Shown piece by piece: positions 12,032 to 24,700 of a DNA stretch of 64,000 nt. The position numbers were made by a program, and so were the translations under genes. Source of the stretch: Cyanophora paradoxa CCMP329 (lineage: Eukaryota; Plantae; Glaucophyta); the NCBI GenBank assembly GCA_004431415.1, contig QPMI01000053.1, forward strand, positions 30,863-94,862. The letters run 5' to 3'. How positions within the stretch are numbered: the first letter of the stretch is position 1; every line of letters starts with the position of its first letter. A model generated the notes under the pieces. It was not told where the DNA came from. It made no database searches and saw nothing but the letters and a program-made list of their open reading frames with translations.

Positions 12032-12750
12032 TGCTCTTTCTAAGCTACGGGCGCGCCGGACCTCCTACCTCAGCGCTTTAACTGTACCCGTGCTGTTTGG
12101 GTGAGAGCGTAACCCGCAGGGACTGGTGCCCTGATGGGGAAAAGGGGATGGGAGCCTAGCTAGCTACGAGCCGAGCAGGCGCTTCGCGTCCACGCCCGTG
12201 CCGTAGCGGATGAAGATGCTCCTGCGAGAGGTCTGTGCGATCAGTACGATTACGATCGCGATCGGGCGGCGCTGGGAGGGCGAGCCGGCCCTAGGCCTAG
12301 ACGGAAAATTACGCCGAAAGTTGACGAGTTGGACGAAAGTTGGACGAAAGTTGGACGAAAGTTGAACGTCGTAATCGCAACGTTAACTTAGCAACTCTGA
12401 TTCCGATCGTAATCGCAACTGGACGAAAGTTGGACGAAAGTGGACGAGTTGGACGAAAGTTGGACGAAAGTTGGACGAAAGTTGAACGTCGTAATCGCAA
12501 CGTTAACTTAGCAACTCTGATTCCGATCGTAATCGCAACTCTGATTCCGATCGTAATCGCAACTGGACGAAAGTTGGACGAAAGTGGGACGAAAGTTGGA
12601 CGAAAGTTGGACGAAAGTTGGACGAAAGTTGAACGTCGTAATCGCAACGTTAACTTAGCAACTCTGATTCCGATCGTAATCGCAACGTTAACTTAGCAAC
12701 TCTGATTCCGGTCGTAATCGCAACTCTGATTCCGGGCCGTATTCCTGTCC
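12032..12750 (-). mobile_element. Fanzor 3'-end/omegaRNA copy 3 plus compound satellite
   Basis: TGCTCTTTC terminus. Direct repeat AACCTATTTGC at 12024-12034 and 12751-12761. Confidence 0.92.
12316..12735. repeat. Compound minisatellite (GGACGAAAGTT)n + (CGTAATCGCAACTCTGATTCCGAT)n in higher-order units
   Basis: Directly visible tandem units. The same units recur at 10218-10335, 32090-32150, 38141-38170 and 43965-44137. Confidence 0.95.
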
Positions 12751-12776
12751 AACCTATTTGCAAGGAAGACTTTTTT

Positions 12777-13987
12777 CTATTTAAACATTTTCCCAAACAT
12801 TTCTGCCGTCTTTTTTTTGTATGCCTGCTCTCTGCTTTGAACTGCTGCAAGCTCACGGTTGATATCACCGTTTTGAGGGTCAATTTTGGCAGCAGCCAGA
12901 AGATCTGCTTTGGCCGCGTGAAAATCTCCATTATTGCTCCGGGCTTGTGCCCTCCGGAAGAGCGCTTTCACACTGTTTCCGTCCATCGAAAGGGCCTTCG
13001 AGCAAGCAGTTTCGGCCTCGCGGAACTCGCTCAACTAATAAGAGGGTAACGTAAGTTCATTCAGAAACGATCCACGAGATGGTTTGCACCTTCAGCCTTG
13101 CTTGGGCAAGGTTCAAGAGAGCGGAACATTTGAGGGCTGCCGCCTTCGACTTCTGCTCGTCCGAGAAATCGTAGTCCGTCTCAAGCACTTGGACAGCGGC
13201 GTCGTATCGCTTTGCAGCTTCCGCGAAAGCGCTTTCCTTGTAGAACTTGTTTCCAAGGTCCTTCCTATGAGTCAAGGGGTAAGGGTTAAGGAGGCTATAT
13301 AGCTAGTGGCGGGGCGAGCGGGCACACCGCTTTTCAGCTGCATCAATCTTCTCATCAGGGCTCATTTCCCAGGTTTCTTTTTCATACCCGGGCTCCGGCT
13401 TCACGATCTCGAAAAGTTCGATGTCGAACTGAAGAGCAGCATCCGGCGGGCTGTCGCAGTTGTCAGAGCGAAAATCAAAGCCTCGGCTTTTCGGCCTCGA
13501 ATCCGAATGAAGACCCGGCCTCATCAAAAATGCTTCAACACACACATTTTTGGGGGGCTGCCGGTCTTTCCATAAGCATACTCAGGGGAAAGGATGAAAG
13601 TGGCCCGCTCTCCCACCTGGCGAAACATGAGCCCAATGCGCCGACAACATGAGCCCAATGCGCCGAGAGTACACTGCCCGCTTGTTTCTAAATTGGTTTT
13701 AGGCTGGCTTCGAATTTGACTTCGCCAGTCCTTCTTGAATTCGGGGTCAAGTGGAGCTCCCGTACCTGCATCGTCGCGACGCCCTCATCCCATCCGCGAA
13801 TCACCCGGCCTTTTCCCAGCTGGAATTCGAAAAGCTCGGCGCGGTCGCGCGAGGAGTCGAATTTTGTCCCATCGAGGAGCGTTCCCGTGTAGTGAACGCG
13901 CACTTTGCAGCCCGCAACTGGCTTCTCGCCTTCGCCCGCGGACAGCAGCTTCTTCTTCATCTGCTCGAGCTGAGTACCGGGCTCCAT
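12777..13987 (-). CDS. FKBP-type PPIase with TPR domain (FKBP4/5/ROF-like)
   Basis: [22 protein letters not shown]…[17 protein letters not shown]; TPR motifs [10 protein letters not shown]…, [11 protein letters not shown]; ends AEMFGKMFK. Confidence 0.93.
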
Positions 13988-14691
13988 GCGCGCGCCAGCA
14001 CAGAGTTACGAGTTACCGCGCCGTCCGCGTACGTAATCCAGTCTCCGTCCATCGTTGGATGTAGCGCCGGCGGCTGCGCACGCCCGGTCGTCAGCACGGC
14101 GGCGACGTTGTCACAGTGTCGATTTCAGTAGCCCCGAAGCGTACGCGTCGCGCTAGCTATATATATAGACGTCTAAACGGCGCCACCTGGGCAACTGCCG
14201 CCGGACTTTCTCGAACCTTCACGAGGGCTGTACCCGGTGAGGAGTTCTACCCCCTCAGCAGGTACCTGGGGTACCACCACGTATGCGTAGCAAGGTTCGT
14301 CTTTGATCGATATCTGCGATTACGATTAGGCTGTCCTTGGTGCACGTGAGCACATCCCACACCTGTAGCCGGAACTCGGGAGTACGTGTCCAAATGCGCG
14401 TCCTGGCCTGGGACAGGCCTAAGCAGTTCCCCAGCCCGTCTGCAACCCCGGCCCCAGATAGCTCCAGCACGCGTACGTTCTTAAAGCTTTAATTTCCCAG
14501 ATCTAGACCTCATGATAAGTATATATTAGATCTATAGCTAGATCTGAGGACTCCGGGATCCGGGAAGAGAACAAGTACTAGTTGGACGGCGGAAGCTTAT
14601 GGCCAGACCTCTTAATTATCTATATAAGCTTTGATTACGATTACGATTCGGCGATTAATATTGGGGGTTGCATTCGATTCGATTGCGGACA

Positions 14692-14829
14692 TGCTCTTTC
14701 TAAGCTACGGGCGCGGCCGGACCTCCTACCTCAGCGCTTTAACTGTACATGTACCCGTGCTGTTTGGGTGAGAGCGTAACCCGCAGGACTGGTGCCCTGA
14801 TGGAAAAAAGGGAATCGGAGCCTAGCTAG
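14692..14829 (-). ncRNA. Putative Fanzor omegaRNA scaffold (representative of 9 copies)
   Basis: Lies between the Fanzor stop codon and the invariant element end. Predicted stems CAGGG/CCCUG, GGGU/ACCC and ACGGG/CCCGU. Loop GCUCU is complementary to terminal AGAGC (pseudoknot). Confidence 0.75.
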
Positions 14830-15266
14830 CTACGAGCTGAGCAGGCGCTTCGCGTCCACGCCCGTGCCGTAGCGGATCAGGATGCCCCTGCGAGAGGTCT
14901 GTGCGATCAGTACGATTACGATTGCGATCGGGCGGCGCTGGGAGGGCGAGCCGGCCCTAGACGGAAAATTACGCCGTGGATAGGCCGTGTCGGGACTAGG
15001 CGGGGGGAGCAGCGATTGTGTATAGGCGTGTATAGACACAACACGCACCGCGCGGCGCCGCCGTCGCGGTCCGCCCGGAAGCCGCACCCGGGGCGGCACT
15101 CGAAGACCCTCTTCGAGCCGAGCGTGTAGTTGATCTTGCCGCACATCCCGCACGTCTTCGAGGTCCAGGCCTCGAGCTCGCAGACGAGCTGGAGCGTGCA
15201 TGGCGGGTCCTCGTCCTTGGGGTGCCGCCGAACGGCGTGCTGCAGGAGCTGCCGGAACCTGCGCCA
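14692..15266 (-). pseudogene. 5'-truncated Fanzor (TnpB-like RuvC-II/Zn-ribbon/RuvC-III C-terminus) plus omegaRNA, copy 4
   Basis: EAWTSKTCGMCGKINYTLGSKRVFECRPGCGFRADRDGGAAR. Removing a GT-AG intron (15048-14888) restores …DRDGGAARGILIRYGTGVDAKRLLSS*, which fits the TnpB/Fanzor DRDxNxARNIL motif. Confidence 0.9.
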
Positions 15267-15500
15267 AATAAGCATCATCGATTACGATTGGGGCGTCTGC
15301 ATAATTAGGACGTCTTAGCTTTCGTGATATATCATATCATAGTACGTGAAACCCAAAATCGACGACGGGGGCGAGGACCTTCATTCAGGGTATATTTGGA
15401 TCTTGAATTGAAATAAAAGTAATCTACAATCCCAACCTGAGACGTCTACATGGGAAGATATAACTCGATCCAGCCGCCGCAGGAGCTGATGCTAACTCTA

Positions 15501-15868
15501 AATTCTTGTCTAGCTGATGCTTGGAGCTAGCTGATCGTAATCGTAATTCTTGTCTAGCTGATGCTTGGAGCTGATCGTAATCGTAATTCTTGTCTAGCTG
15601 ATGCTTGGAGCTGATCGTAATCGTAATTCTTGTCTAGCTGACTCAGTGATGCTTGGAGCTGATATATTGCTCTTTTCTTGAACAAGGGACCGGCCAAACG
15701 TTTAACAGTGAAATGTATAAAGAGCGATATTATCACTGGTGGGCCCCAACAGTCCAATTGTGCATGCGCATGGCCACCCGCCATGCGGGCCAGGCTGATC
15801 GTAATCGTAATTCTTGTCTAGCTGATGCTTGGAGCTGATCGTAATCGTAATTCTTGTCTAGCTGATGC
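15501..15868. repeat. ~40-bp tandem repeat (GATCGTAATCGTAATTCTTGTCTAGCTGATGCTTGGAGCT) interrupted by a ~130-bp insert
   Basis: About 6 units visible, with unique sequence at ~15664-15793. Confidence 0.9.
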
Positions 15869-16131
15869 TATAGCTAGGGCCCTTGGAGTGCACCCCCTAC
15901 TCCGGCACTAATACTCCAATCTACCCCTATACCTAGATTGCAGTTGTTCAACTCCAGGTAGAATAGTTTGTGTAGCAAATTCCAGGCGTCGTGGGGCGCG
16001 TCCTGTGAGCAAACAACTCATAAAAGGGGGTCTGCCAATCGGCTGAGCTGGTCGGGCACGGCCATTTTGGACTTTTGTGCTGCTGCGGAAGTCGCGTCGC
16101 GAAACCATTTCTTTTTCGCCACTCGGGCAAC

Positions 16132-16650
16132 TGCTCTTTCTAAGCTACGGGCGCGCCGGACCTCCTACCTACAGCGCTTTAACTGTACCCGTGCTGTTTG
16201 GGTGAGAGCGTAACCCGCAGGGACTGGTGCCCTGATGGGGAAAAGGGGATGGGAGCCTAGCTAGCTACGAGCCGAGCAGGCGCTTCGCGTCCACGCCCGT
16301 GCCGTAGCGGATGAAGATGCTCCTGCGAGAGGTCTGTGCGATCAGTACGATTACGATCGCGATCGGGCGGCGCTGGGAGGGCGAGCCGGCCCTAGGCCTA
16401 GACGGAAAATTACGCCGTGGCTGGGCCGTGTCGGGACTAGGCTCCATGCGCGCGCCAGCACAGAGTTACGAGTTACCGCGCCGTCCGCGTACGTAATCCA
16501 GTCTCCGTCCATCGTTGGATGTAGCGCCGGCGGCTGCGCACGCCCGGTCGTCAGCACGGCGGCGACGTTGTCACAGTGTCGATTTCAGTAGCCCCGAAGC
16601 GTACGCGTCGCGCTAGCTATATATATAAACGGCGCCACCTGGGCAACTGC
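16132..16650 (-). mobile_element. Fanzor 3'-end/omegaRNA copy 5 fused to a copy of the FKBP 5' region
   Basis: Element sequence to 16440, then 16441-~16705 is nearly identical to 13981-~14253. GGGCAACTGC occurs at 16125-16134 and 16641-16650. Confidence 0.88.
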
Positions 16651-17028
16651 CGCCGGACTTTCTCGAACCTTCACGAGGGCTGTACCCGGTGAGGAGTTTC
16701 ACCCCACTAAGTGCGAGTCCTAGCCATCTTAATCTTTGATTTCTATATATATATATAGAAGCGTCTGTCAGATCATGCACGAGCCCCTAATCTCCCCAGG
16801 GGTCCCCGTACCGAGGATCACTCGGCACATTCCCGCCACCATCATCGACCAACGCCAATGGCCGCCGCCGATTGCTCGAATCCGCTAGCGCTAGCAGGCT
16901 GCGGGCGCTCGAATTTGAGAGCGGAAGAGGAACTTCGGACTCCGAGAGGAAGCTTGAACTTGGAGGGCAGCGCCGGGGCGGCGAAGCTGGGGCGGCGCCG
17001 GGTCGCTGTAAGATAATTGATACACGAG

Positions 17029-18162
17029 TTATATCATACTGCCCGAGTGGAGGACATCAATCATGTTGAAGACACGTTGACCAGTCCTCTCAGCAATCTT
17101 GCTGGCAAGAAACAGGACGGCATCGACAGAACCCTCGCAGTACACATTTCGGCCGCACACATTGTGCTTGAACTCGAAGCTGACGGTCCCATCCGGAGAG
17201 ATAAGCGAGTAGGTGTGGAAGGCATGTCCCAGCAAGAACTCTTCTGGAACCTGCATTTGAGAGACCTGGCTGACGGGATCACGGACCTGCAATCAATGTG
17301 AGCTCGCGGCATCTAAAGGATAAGAATAGAAAATCTTACCATCTCAATGTCATCAACGTCAAACTTCTCGACACCCAGCTTCTTGAATGAAGCAACCACT
17401 GCCTTTGCTGTTCCGGATGTGTCTGCCTTGCTGGACTGTCGAAACAAGTTACAAGTTCGCCACATGGAGGCGCAGATTGACGCAGAGGATGAGCACCTGG
17501 TGCGACTCGACAACTTTGAGCTTGTACCCCGAAAACGCCCCCGGAAACTCGTTCGCCATGTACTCCATCATGGCCTGAAAAGCGACGATCTGCTTGCCCA
17601 TGTTCGGAGCAATCACGCAGTAAATTTTGCTATCGTTGACGATTTTCATCAGAGCATCCCGATCTCCTCCAGTCGTTCCCATGACAAAAGGAACGTTGTG
17701 CTGGCCCGCCGCCCTTGAAATCAGATCCCGCTCGACCTCAACACGCGCATATCTAGAGCCTCAGCCTCAGACCTTCACGTAGAATTCCGCGTTCGGGATG
17801 ACGGCGGTGGGATGAGTGTAGTCGACAGCTATCAGTGAAGGGAAGTCCTGTTTGATGGCATCGATAGCTCCTTCGCGCTGCGCGGGGTCGGGACAGAGAA
17901 ATGTACGACGAGGTTCCCCAAGGCACCACAGAGGGACGCAAGAGCTTGACGTCGACGCCGCCAATGTCGCAGGAGGCGGTCTGAACATCCTCCCCAGTGA
18001 GCGAATACGGAACGAGCGTCAGGCCGCGCCGAAGGACAGCTTTCGAAACGTCGATGCTACGGACGCCTCAGCCAGCCGGCAAGCGACACGGAACGCCGGC
18101 CACGCGCACCCCATCTTGCCCGGAGCGCCGTTCACCATGACGGGCGGCTTGCTAGTCGCCAT
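17029..18162 (-). CDS. dapB: 4-hydroxy-tetrahydrodipicolinate reductase (plant-type DapB)
   Basis: VMVNGAPGKMG; IAVDYTHP; FVMGTTGGDR; VIAPNMGKQIVAFQ; VVESHQ…KADTSGTAK; FEFKHNVCGRNVYCEG. Confidence 0.93.
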
Positions 18163-18534
18163 AGCCTCGAAAACAACGCGCGCCTCGACTATTAACGGAG
18201 GCCCTCAGCGGCGCGTCATGCAGGGACCGCGTCGGGCGCTCGCCTACCGCGAGGGGACGAGCGGGGACGGTTGCTGGCGCGAAGGGCCAGGCCTGCGAAC
18301 CCAGAGCAGGCCGATCCGAGAGAGGATGAGCTCCTCTGTCCGGGGTGGAGCGCGGCGCTGCAGAAGGCCATTCGGTCTCGTCTGGTTTGTTGGATTGCGG
18401 CGTCGAACACGCTGGATCGTCGACCTGGCGCGCTTCCGCGACGACGACGGACCGCCGAGGGACCGAGGGTACCACGGGGGGTACGCGCTCTTCCCGGTTC
18501 TCCCGGCGTCCCGGTTCTCGCCGCGCAGCCGCGA

Positions 18535-19642
18535 ATGTTCCGCGCAGCCGCCTCGCTTCTGAAGAAGGTTTGCAACCAGGAGAGCGCGCCTGTGGGAGCG
18601 ACAGCAAAACGTCGTTGACCTTGCGCGCCGCAGGAGCTGCCCGCGGCCGCCGCCGCGGGAGTGGCCCTCGCCGCGTTCGGAGGTGCCACGGCATTTGCTT
18701 CGGATGACTCCCTGCAGCCGCCTTTCTACCCGTGGTCGCACTCGGGGCCCCTCAGCGCGTTCGATGCCGCCAGGTCAGCTGGATCCCCGCCCTCGCTGTG
18801 CGGCCTCTTGCCGATGCACTTGTACTCTGCAGCATTCGTCGCGGGTTCCAGGTGTACAAGGGCGTGTGGTGCGGCTAACGACTATCGCTAGCGTGTGCCG
18901 CGCCACTTACGCCGGGCGCCTTCGCAGTTCCGCCTGCCACAGTATGGACCGCATCGCCTACCGCAACCTGATCAACGTTTGCTACACGGAGGACGAGGTG
19001 AAGGCGCTTGCCGCCGAGATTGAAGTGAAGGATGGCCCGAACGACGCTGGCGAGATGTTCATGCGCCCCGGCAAGCCGTCCGACAAATTCCCGCGGCCAT
19101 ACGCGAACGAGCAGGCAGCGCGCGCTGCGAATGGCGGCGCCTACCCTCCGGACCTGTCGCTGATCATCAAGGCCCGGGCCCGCCGCGAGGACTACGTCTT
19201 CGCGCTCCTTACCGGCTACAAGGAGCCTCCCGCGGGTGTCACCATCCGCGAGGGCCTCCACTACAAGTGCGCGGTAGGCCCACCGCTCTGCTTCGCAACT
19301 CACAACATATTTCGCAGCCCGTACTTCGCTGGTGGCGCCATCTCGATGGCGCAGCCGATCTACGATGGCAGCGTCGAGTATGATGATGGCACCCCGAACA
19401 CTGCGTCCCAGATTGCAAAGGATGTCGTCACTTTCCTGGCCTGGGCGTCTGAACCGGAGGCCGATGAGCGCAAGAAGGCGGGGCTCAAGTGGATCGGCAC
19501 CCTCTCCATCGCTCTTCTCGCGACTGCGTACTACAAGCGCTTCCGCTGGAACGTCATCAAGTGTGTCCTTGTGTCTTGCTCGATCTCTCGTCATAGCTAC
19601 TAATGCTTTCTCAGGAATCGCCGCCTCGAGTTCAAGCTTTGA
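18535..19642 (+). CDS. CYC1: Cytochrome c1, mitochondrial
   Basis: YPWSH…[16 protein letters not shown] (CxxCH split by an intron); [11 protein letters not shown]; [15 protein letters not shown]. Confidence 0.97.
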
Positions 19643-19888
19643 AAAAAATGTATCTCAATCCAGCCACACTTGGTACAGTGTTGTGTTCTATCTCAATTCA
19701 TTCGCACGATCAAAGACACCAGATTATGAAAGCTTAAATCGTGATCAAGAAGTCTAGTTCAGGTCTGATCACAAGTGCACTGCGGCTTTCACTGAGTCAG
19801 GCCACGGAGACGTCTGCACCAATGGTCCAACCCCTTGATCGCTAGATAGATATAGCTAAAGCTCGAGTCGGGCAGGAATCCGTCTAAA

Positions 19889-20455
19889 TGCTCTTTCTAC
19901 GCTACGGGCGCGCCGCACCTCCTACCTACAGTGCTTTAACTGTACCCGTGCTGTTTGGGTGAGAGCGTAACCCGCAGGGACTGGTGCCCTGATGGAAAAA
20001 AGGGAATCGGAGCCTAGCTAGCTACGAGCTGAGCAGGCGCTTCGCGTCCACGCCCGTGCCGTAGCGGATCAGGATGCCCCTGCGAGAGGTCTGTGCGATC
20101 AGTACGATTACGATTGCGATCGGGCGGCGCTGGGAGGGCGAGCCGGCCCTAGACGGAAAATTACGCCGTGGATAGGCCGTGTCGGGACTAGGCGGGGGGA
20201 GCAGCGATTGTGTATAGGCGTGTATAGACACAACACGCACCGCGCGGCGCCGCCGTCGTGGTCCGCCCGGAAGCCGCACCCGGGGCGCCGGCGGCACTCG
20301 AAGACCCTCTTCGAGCCCAGCGTGTATACGTAGTTGATCTTGCCGCACATCCCGCACGTCTTCGAGGTCCAGGCCTCGCAGACGAGCTGGAGCGTGCACG
20401 GCGGGTCCTCATCCTTGGGGTGCCGCCGAACGGCGTGCTGCAGGAGCTGCCGGAA
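19889..20455 (-). pseudogene. 5'-truncated Fanzor C-terminus plus omegaRNA, copy 6
   Basis: Near-identical to 14692-15266 (VCEAWTSKTCGMCG…DHDGGAAR), with the same intron and terminus. Confidence 0.9.
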
Positions 20456-21710
20456 AGCGGAAAGCAGAAGCCCTGATCGCCGTCGGTTCAACGGTTACCG
20501 TAGTACCGTACGCGTAGTACTTACTAGTTAACTTAGTAAGCTTATAATTACAGCCAGCGCTAGCGCTAGTACTCACTCGAGCTCAAGCTTAGTACCGGAT
20601 CGCAACTTGCAACATTGCAATTGAACAAACTCGGCCTGTGACACGCGTCTACGGGTACAGCACACACTACGTGCATACGGCACGACTTCGACGCTGTGAA
20701 CATACGGCATGCGGCCAGGGATCATCGGATCGGACGGGGTCCGCACCGCAGCCACCGGCGGCGCCGAGGCGCTCGAACCATCGACGGCATGCTCGATTTC
20801 GACATCGTCGTCGACGTCGATCACGATCTCGATGTCGCCGAGCTCCATCGGTGCAGGCGAGGGCGCGCCGCCAGCCCCCCCACCCGCAGCCCGGCCGCCG
20901 CGCCAGCAGCAGCCGCCGAGCCCGCGCCCAAGCTTGGCGCCCTGCGCAGCGAAGGGAACGAGGAAGTGAGGGAGCGACTGCCAGAGTCCCAGAACGGGGC
21001 GCAACCGGGAAACCAGTTCAGGCCGGCACTGCGGCACGCGCGGCGCACGCGCACACGTGGCACGCAACCGCGCTCGGCGCGCGCCGATGCAGCGCGACAG
21101 ATCGCGATCGAACCGGTTCGCGAAACAAGTTGCGCCGATGCGCTCGATACATCACGACAGATCGAACCGGTTCGCGAAACGGGCCGCGACAACTTGCAAG
21201 CTGCGCCACCGCGCTGGCCCGATCCAGCATGACCATAGCTACGCGCATGACCGCGGTCGCCGATCGGGTAACCGCCGCTGTTGACGGTTGACCAGCACAG
21301 GGGGTACAGTCAACCTCAGATATACTATGATCCATAGCTATAGTGCACGTGCTCGTTCGGTCCATGCACATCATGGCATGCGCTCTAGCGTCGAACACGC
21401 TGGATCGTCGACCTGGCGCGCTTCCGCGACGACGACGGACCGTCGAGGGACCGACGAGGACCCGTCGAGGGTACCACGGGGGGTACGCGCTCTTCCCGGT
21501 TGAGCCGGTCCCACAGCGCGCCCGTGCGCTCCAGCAGCCCCCGCATCGGCTGCTGCCGCAGGATTGCAATATTGACGCATGCGCGCGCGGCAGCGGGGCT
21601 TTCGAGTCTGCGACTCGGCGGTCGCTGCCGGGTTGCAGATTTGAGGGGTACAGCACACGACAGGAGACCGCTCGAGCGCAGGTTAGATCCCAGCGTGGGG
21701 AGGCTGCAGA

Positions 21711-24700
21711 ATGGAGATAAGCAGCGTAAACTCAGAGATAGGGCGAGCGGCGTTTTCATTTTTCGGCCCTGGCGAGATCGAGCGCATCAGCGTGAAGCAG
21801 CTGCGGAATCCAGTTCTATTTGATTCACTAGGGCGACCGTCGCCGGGGGGTCTCTACGATCCCGCGCTGGGGCCGATCGACAAGCACGCGAGGTCCGCGC
21901 GCCCGAGCACCAGCGCCCCAGTGCTATGAGCGCTTCCTCGGGGCAATGAGTACCGCGTACGCGCGCTGATCGAGCTTATGCGCAGTTGCTTGACGTGCGG
22001 TTTGAGCGCCACACAGTGCCCCGGGCACCTGGGCCATGTCCGCCTATCCGCCCCTGTATTCAACCCGCTCCTCATCACGATGCTCTTCAAGCTTCTGCGT
22101 TTGAAGTGCTTCTCTTGTCATCGCTTGCGCATGCATCGAGTTCGGGTCCGTTCCTGCTCGCGATTGGACGTCAGTCCCGGATCAAATCTGAGTTGCGCAA
22201 TGCAGGTTGAGCGTTACTGGGCGCGCCTGCTTCTTCTGGACATGGGTCGAGTTCTAGAAGCGCACGAAGTTGCTATGCCGCGCACCCACAGCCTCGATGA
22301 GAAGCCGCGGCAGAGGTCTAGCAAGAAGGACGAGGAGGCGCCGGCTGCTGAGGTCGCCGAGCCAGCAATCGAGGATCTGGAAGCCGCATCGCGCGAATTG
22401 CACGACCTTGTAGGTCTGCGTGCGGTGGGGTTGGCTGACGCGGCGATAGCTGAAACACACCCATGCAGACCGAATCCTGTCCGGAGGATACGATCGAAGT
22501 GGGCGCAAGCTTGCGCATGTCGCGGAAGCCTGGCGGGCTACGATGGCGGATTTCATGCAGCACGTACCTGCACGCAAGTGTGAAAATTGCGGGGCGTGCG
22601 TCCCTCCCCTTGCATGCATCCTTTGCACCTGTTGATCTCTCGTTCAGCATATCTCCAAGCCTTCGGAAGGAGGGAGTAAAATTCTTCCAGAATGCTTTGA
22701 CAGAGAAAGACCGAAGAGCGAATTCCTTGATCGGGCGTGATGCACCGTCAGTCTGGGGGTCTAGCAGCCTTTCAATGACTGCCCAGGAAATCACAGCAAT
22801 GGTAGGGATCACTCGCTTTCCCGAGAGCCTTCCTTCTTCGAATCTGAATGAACAAATGCAGCGCGTGTGTGCTACTGGAAGAGTGGATGCCGTTGTAGAA
22901 GAGGTCGGCAAGAATGTGACCGAAAAGAACACTAAGAAGAACAGCTCGGTTTCCTCTCGCTTCCTCAGCCCCTTCGAAGTCCATCGGCACATACAGCTCC
23001 TTTGGAACGAGGTGAGCGGATTGATTATACGTGCCACCGGAGTGTTCCTTTTCATATTCGGCCCAGGAACGGCTTGTTCTGGATGAGATGTTCGGGTCGC
23101 TGTCAGAGTCAGGTTCGGTCGATTGGCGAATCGCTATGTTTGTCGGCGTCTGTTCACGGTGCCAGTTCTTTGGCAGGACGGAGCTCTTCACCGGATATGT
23201 TTTTCATCCAGGTCATGGCGGTTCCTCCATCACGGTTTCGTCCACCAGCACGCATAGGCGATCTCACCTTCGAGCATCCGCAAAATGTGTCCTTCTCTAA
23301 GATCCTTCAGGTACTTTTTCTCTCCCTTGAAAGACTCTCATTTACTGACTCTCAGTACTCCTTTAGGCAGACTCGCATCTCTTGCAGACACTGGGGGTCC
23401 CTTCCTCGAAAGCAGCAGCCGCTTCAGAGCCCCCTTCCGTAGATATTGGATTCGTTCACGAGGCGTAAGCTTCTATCCCATTCCAAAATGAAAGCCTTTC
23501 CAACCCGACATCACAGATACGTCCAACTTCAGCTTGCGGTGAACAGTGTGATCGACTCGACCAAGGGGTCAGCCGCAGACAGCGGGGGCTTGAAGAAGAC
23601 CGACGATGCAAACGGTATAAGGCAGATTCTGGAAAAGAAGGAGGGGCTCTTCCGCAAGAACATGATGGTGGGCCATCACTGGGGGGTCAAATCTGTTCCT
23701 TGTTTCTGATTTTTGCGACAGGGCAAGCGTGTCAATTATGCAGCGAGATCAGTCATCTCTCCCGATCCCTACATTGCCACAAATGAGATTGGCCTGCCGC
23801 ACTATTTCGTGACACGATTGACATATCCGGAGGGAGTGACTCAGCACAATGTGGTCAGAGAGCACATATTTCTGCCCCGTGCTTATCGTTTCTGTTCAAT
23901 GACGCCGTTTATCCAGGAGCATTTGCGGCGATGTGTCATCAATGGCCCCCACAAGCACCCAGGGGCGAACTTCATAGAGTTCGAGGATGGGTACATATTG
24001 CATGCATTCCGGTTTTTTCTTCTGATGTAGCTGATGCTGCTCCAGACATCGAATCGATTTGAGCACACGGAACGAGACACAGAGGATGGGATTGGCGAAG
24101 CAGCTCCTAACCAAGAATCAAATGGATGGAACAGAGGTTAGAAGTCGCAACAAGAGGGTGTTTCGTCACGCGGACGATGGCGATATTCTCTTAGGTAACA
24201 CTTTTTAATTACTGCACAATGGCCTTTCGATTCTTAAAGCCTCTGCAGTCAACCGCCAGCCTACGTTGCACAAACCATCGATGATGGCACACCGACTTCG
24301 CGTGGTGCGGGGCTCAGGGCGCCATGATAAGACAATCCGCATGCATTACGCCAACTGCAACACCTATAACGCGGACTTCGATGGTGCCCACCCTGCCCCC
24401 TATCTTGGCAGAGCTGTTGCTAATGTTATTCTGCACAGGTGATGAGATCAACGTGCACTTGCCACAGTCAGAGCTTGCGAGGGCTGAGGCATACAACATT
24501 GCTGACACCGACCACCAGTACACCGTCCCCACTTCTGGCCGCCCAATCAGAGGGCTCATTCAAGACAATGTTGGCACGGGCGTCCTCCTCACATTGAAGG
24601 ACACGTTCCTCACAAAAGAATTGTTTATGCAGGTGCCACCTTTTGTAAAACCTTTCGGCATTCTCTTTTGGTCAATCTTTTTTGCAGTTGGTGTATGTCG

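Noticed and set aside
12309-12696. Repeat-protein ORFs (LDESWTKVGRK), also at 43649-44171
   Set aside because: Products of stop-free satellite DNA, with no evidence of coding.
15501-15868. CRISPR-like array
   Set aside because: Units are head-to-tail with no regular unique spacers, there are no cas genes, and the context is eukaryotic.
14692-20455. TSDs for Fanzor copies 4 and 6 (also copies 1 and 7)
   Set aside because: Searched by eye and found none, so the TSD claim is limited to five of nine copies.
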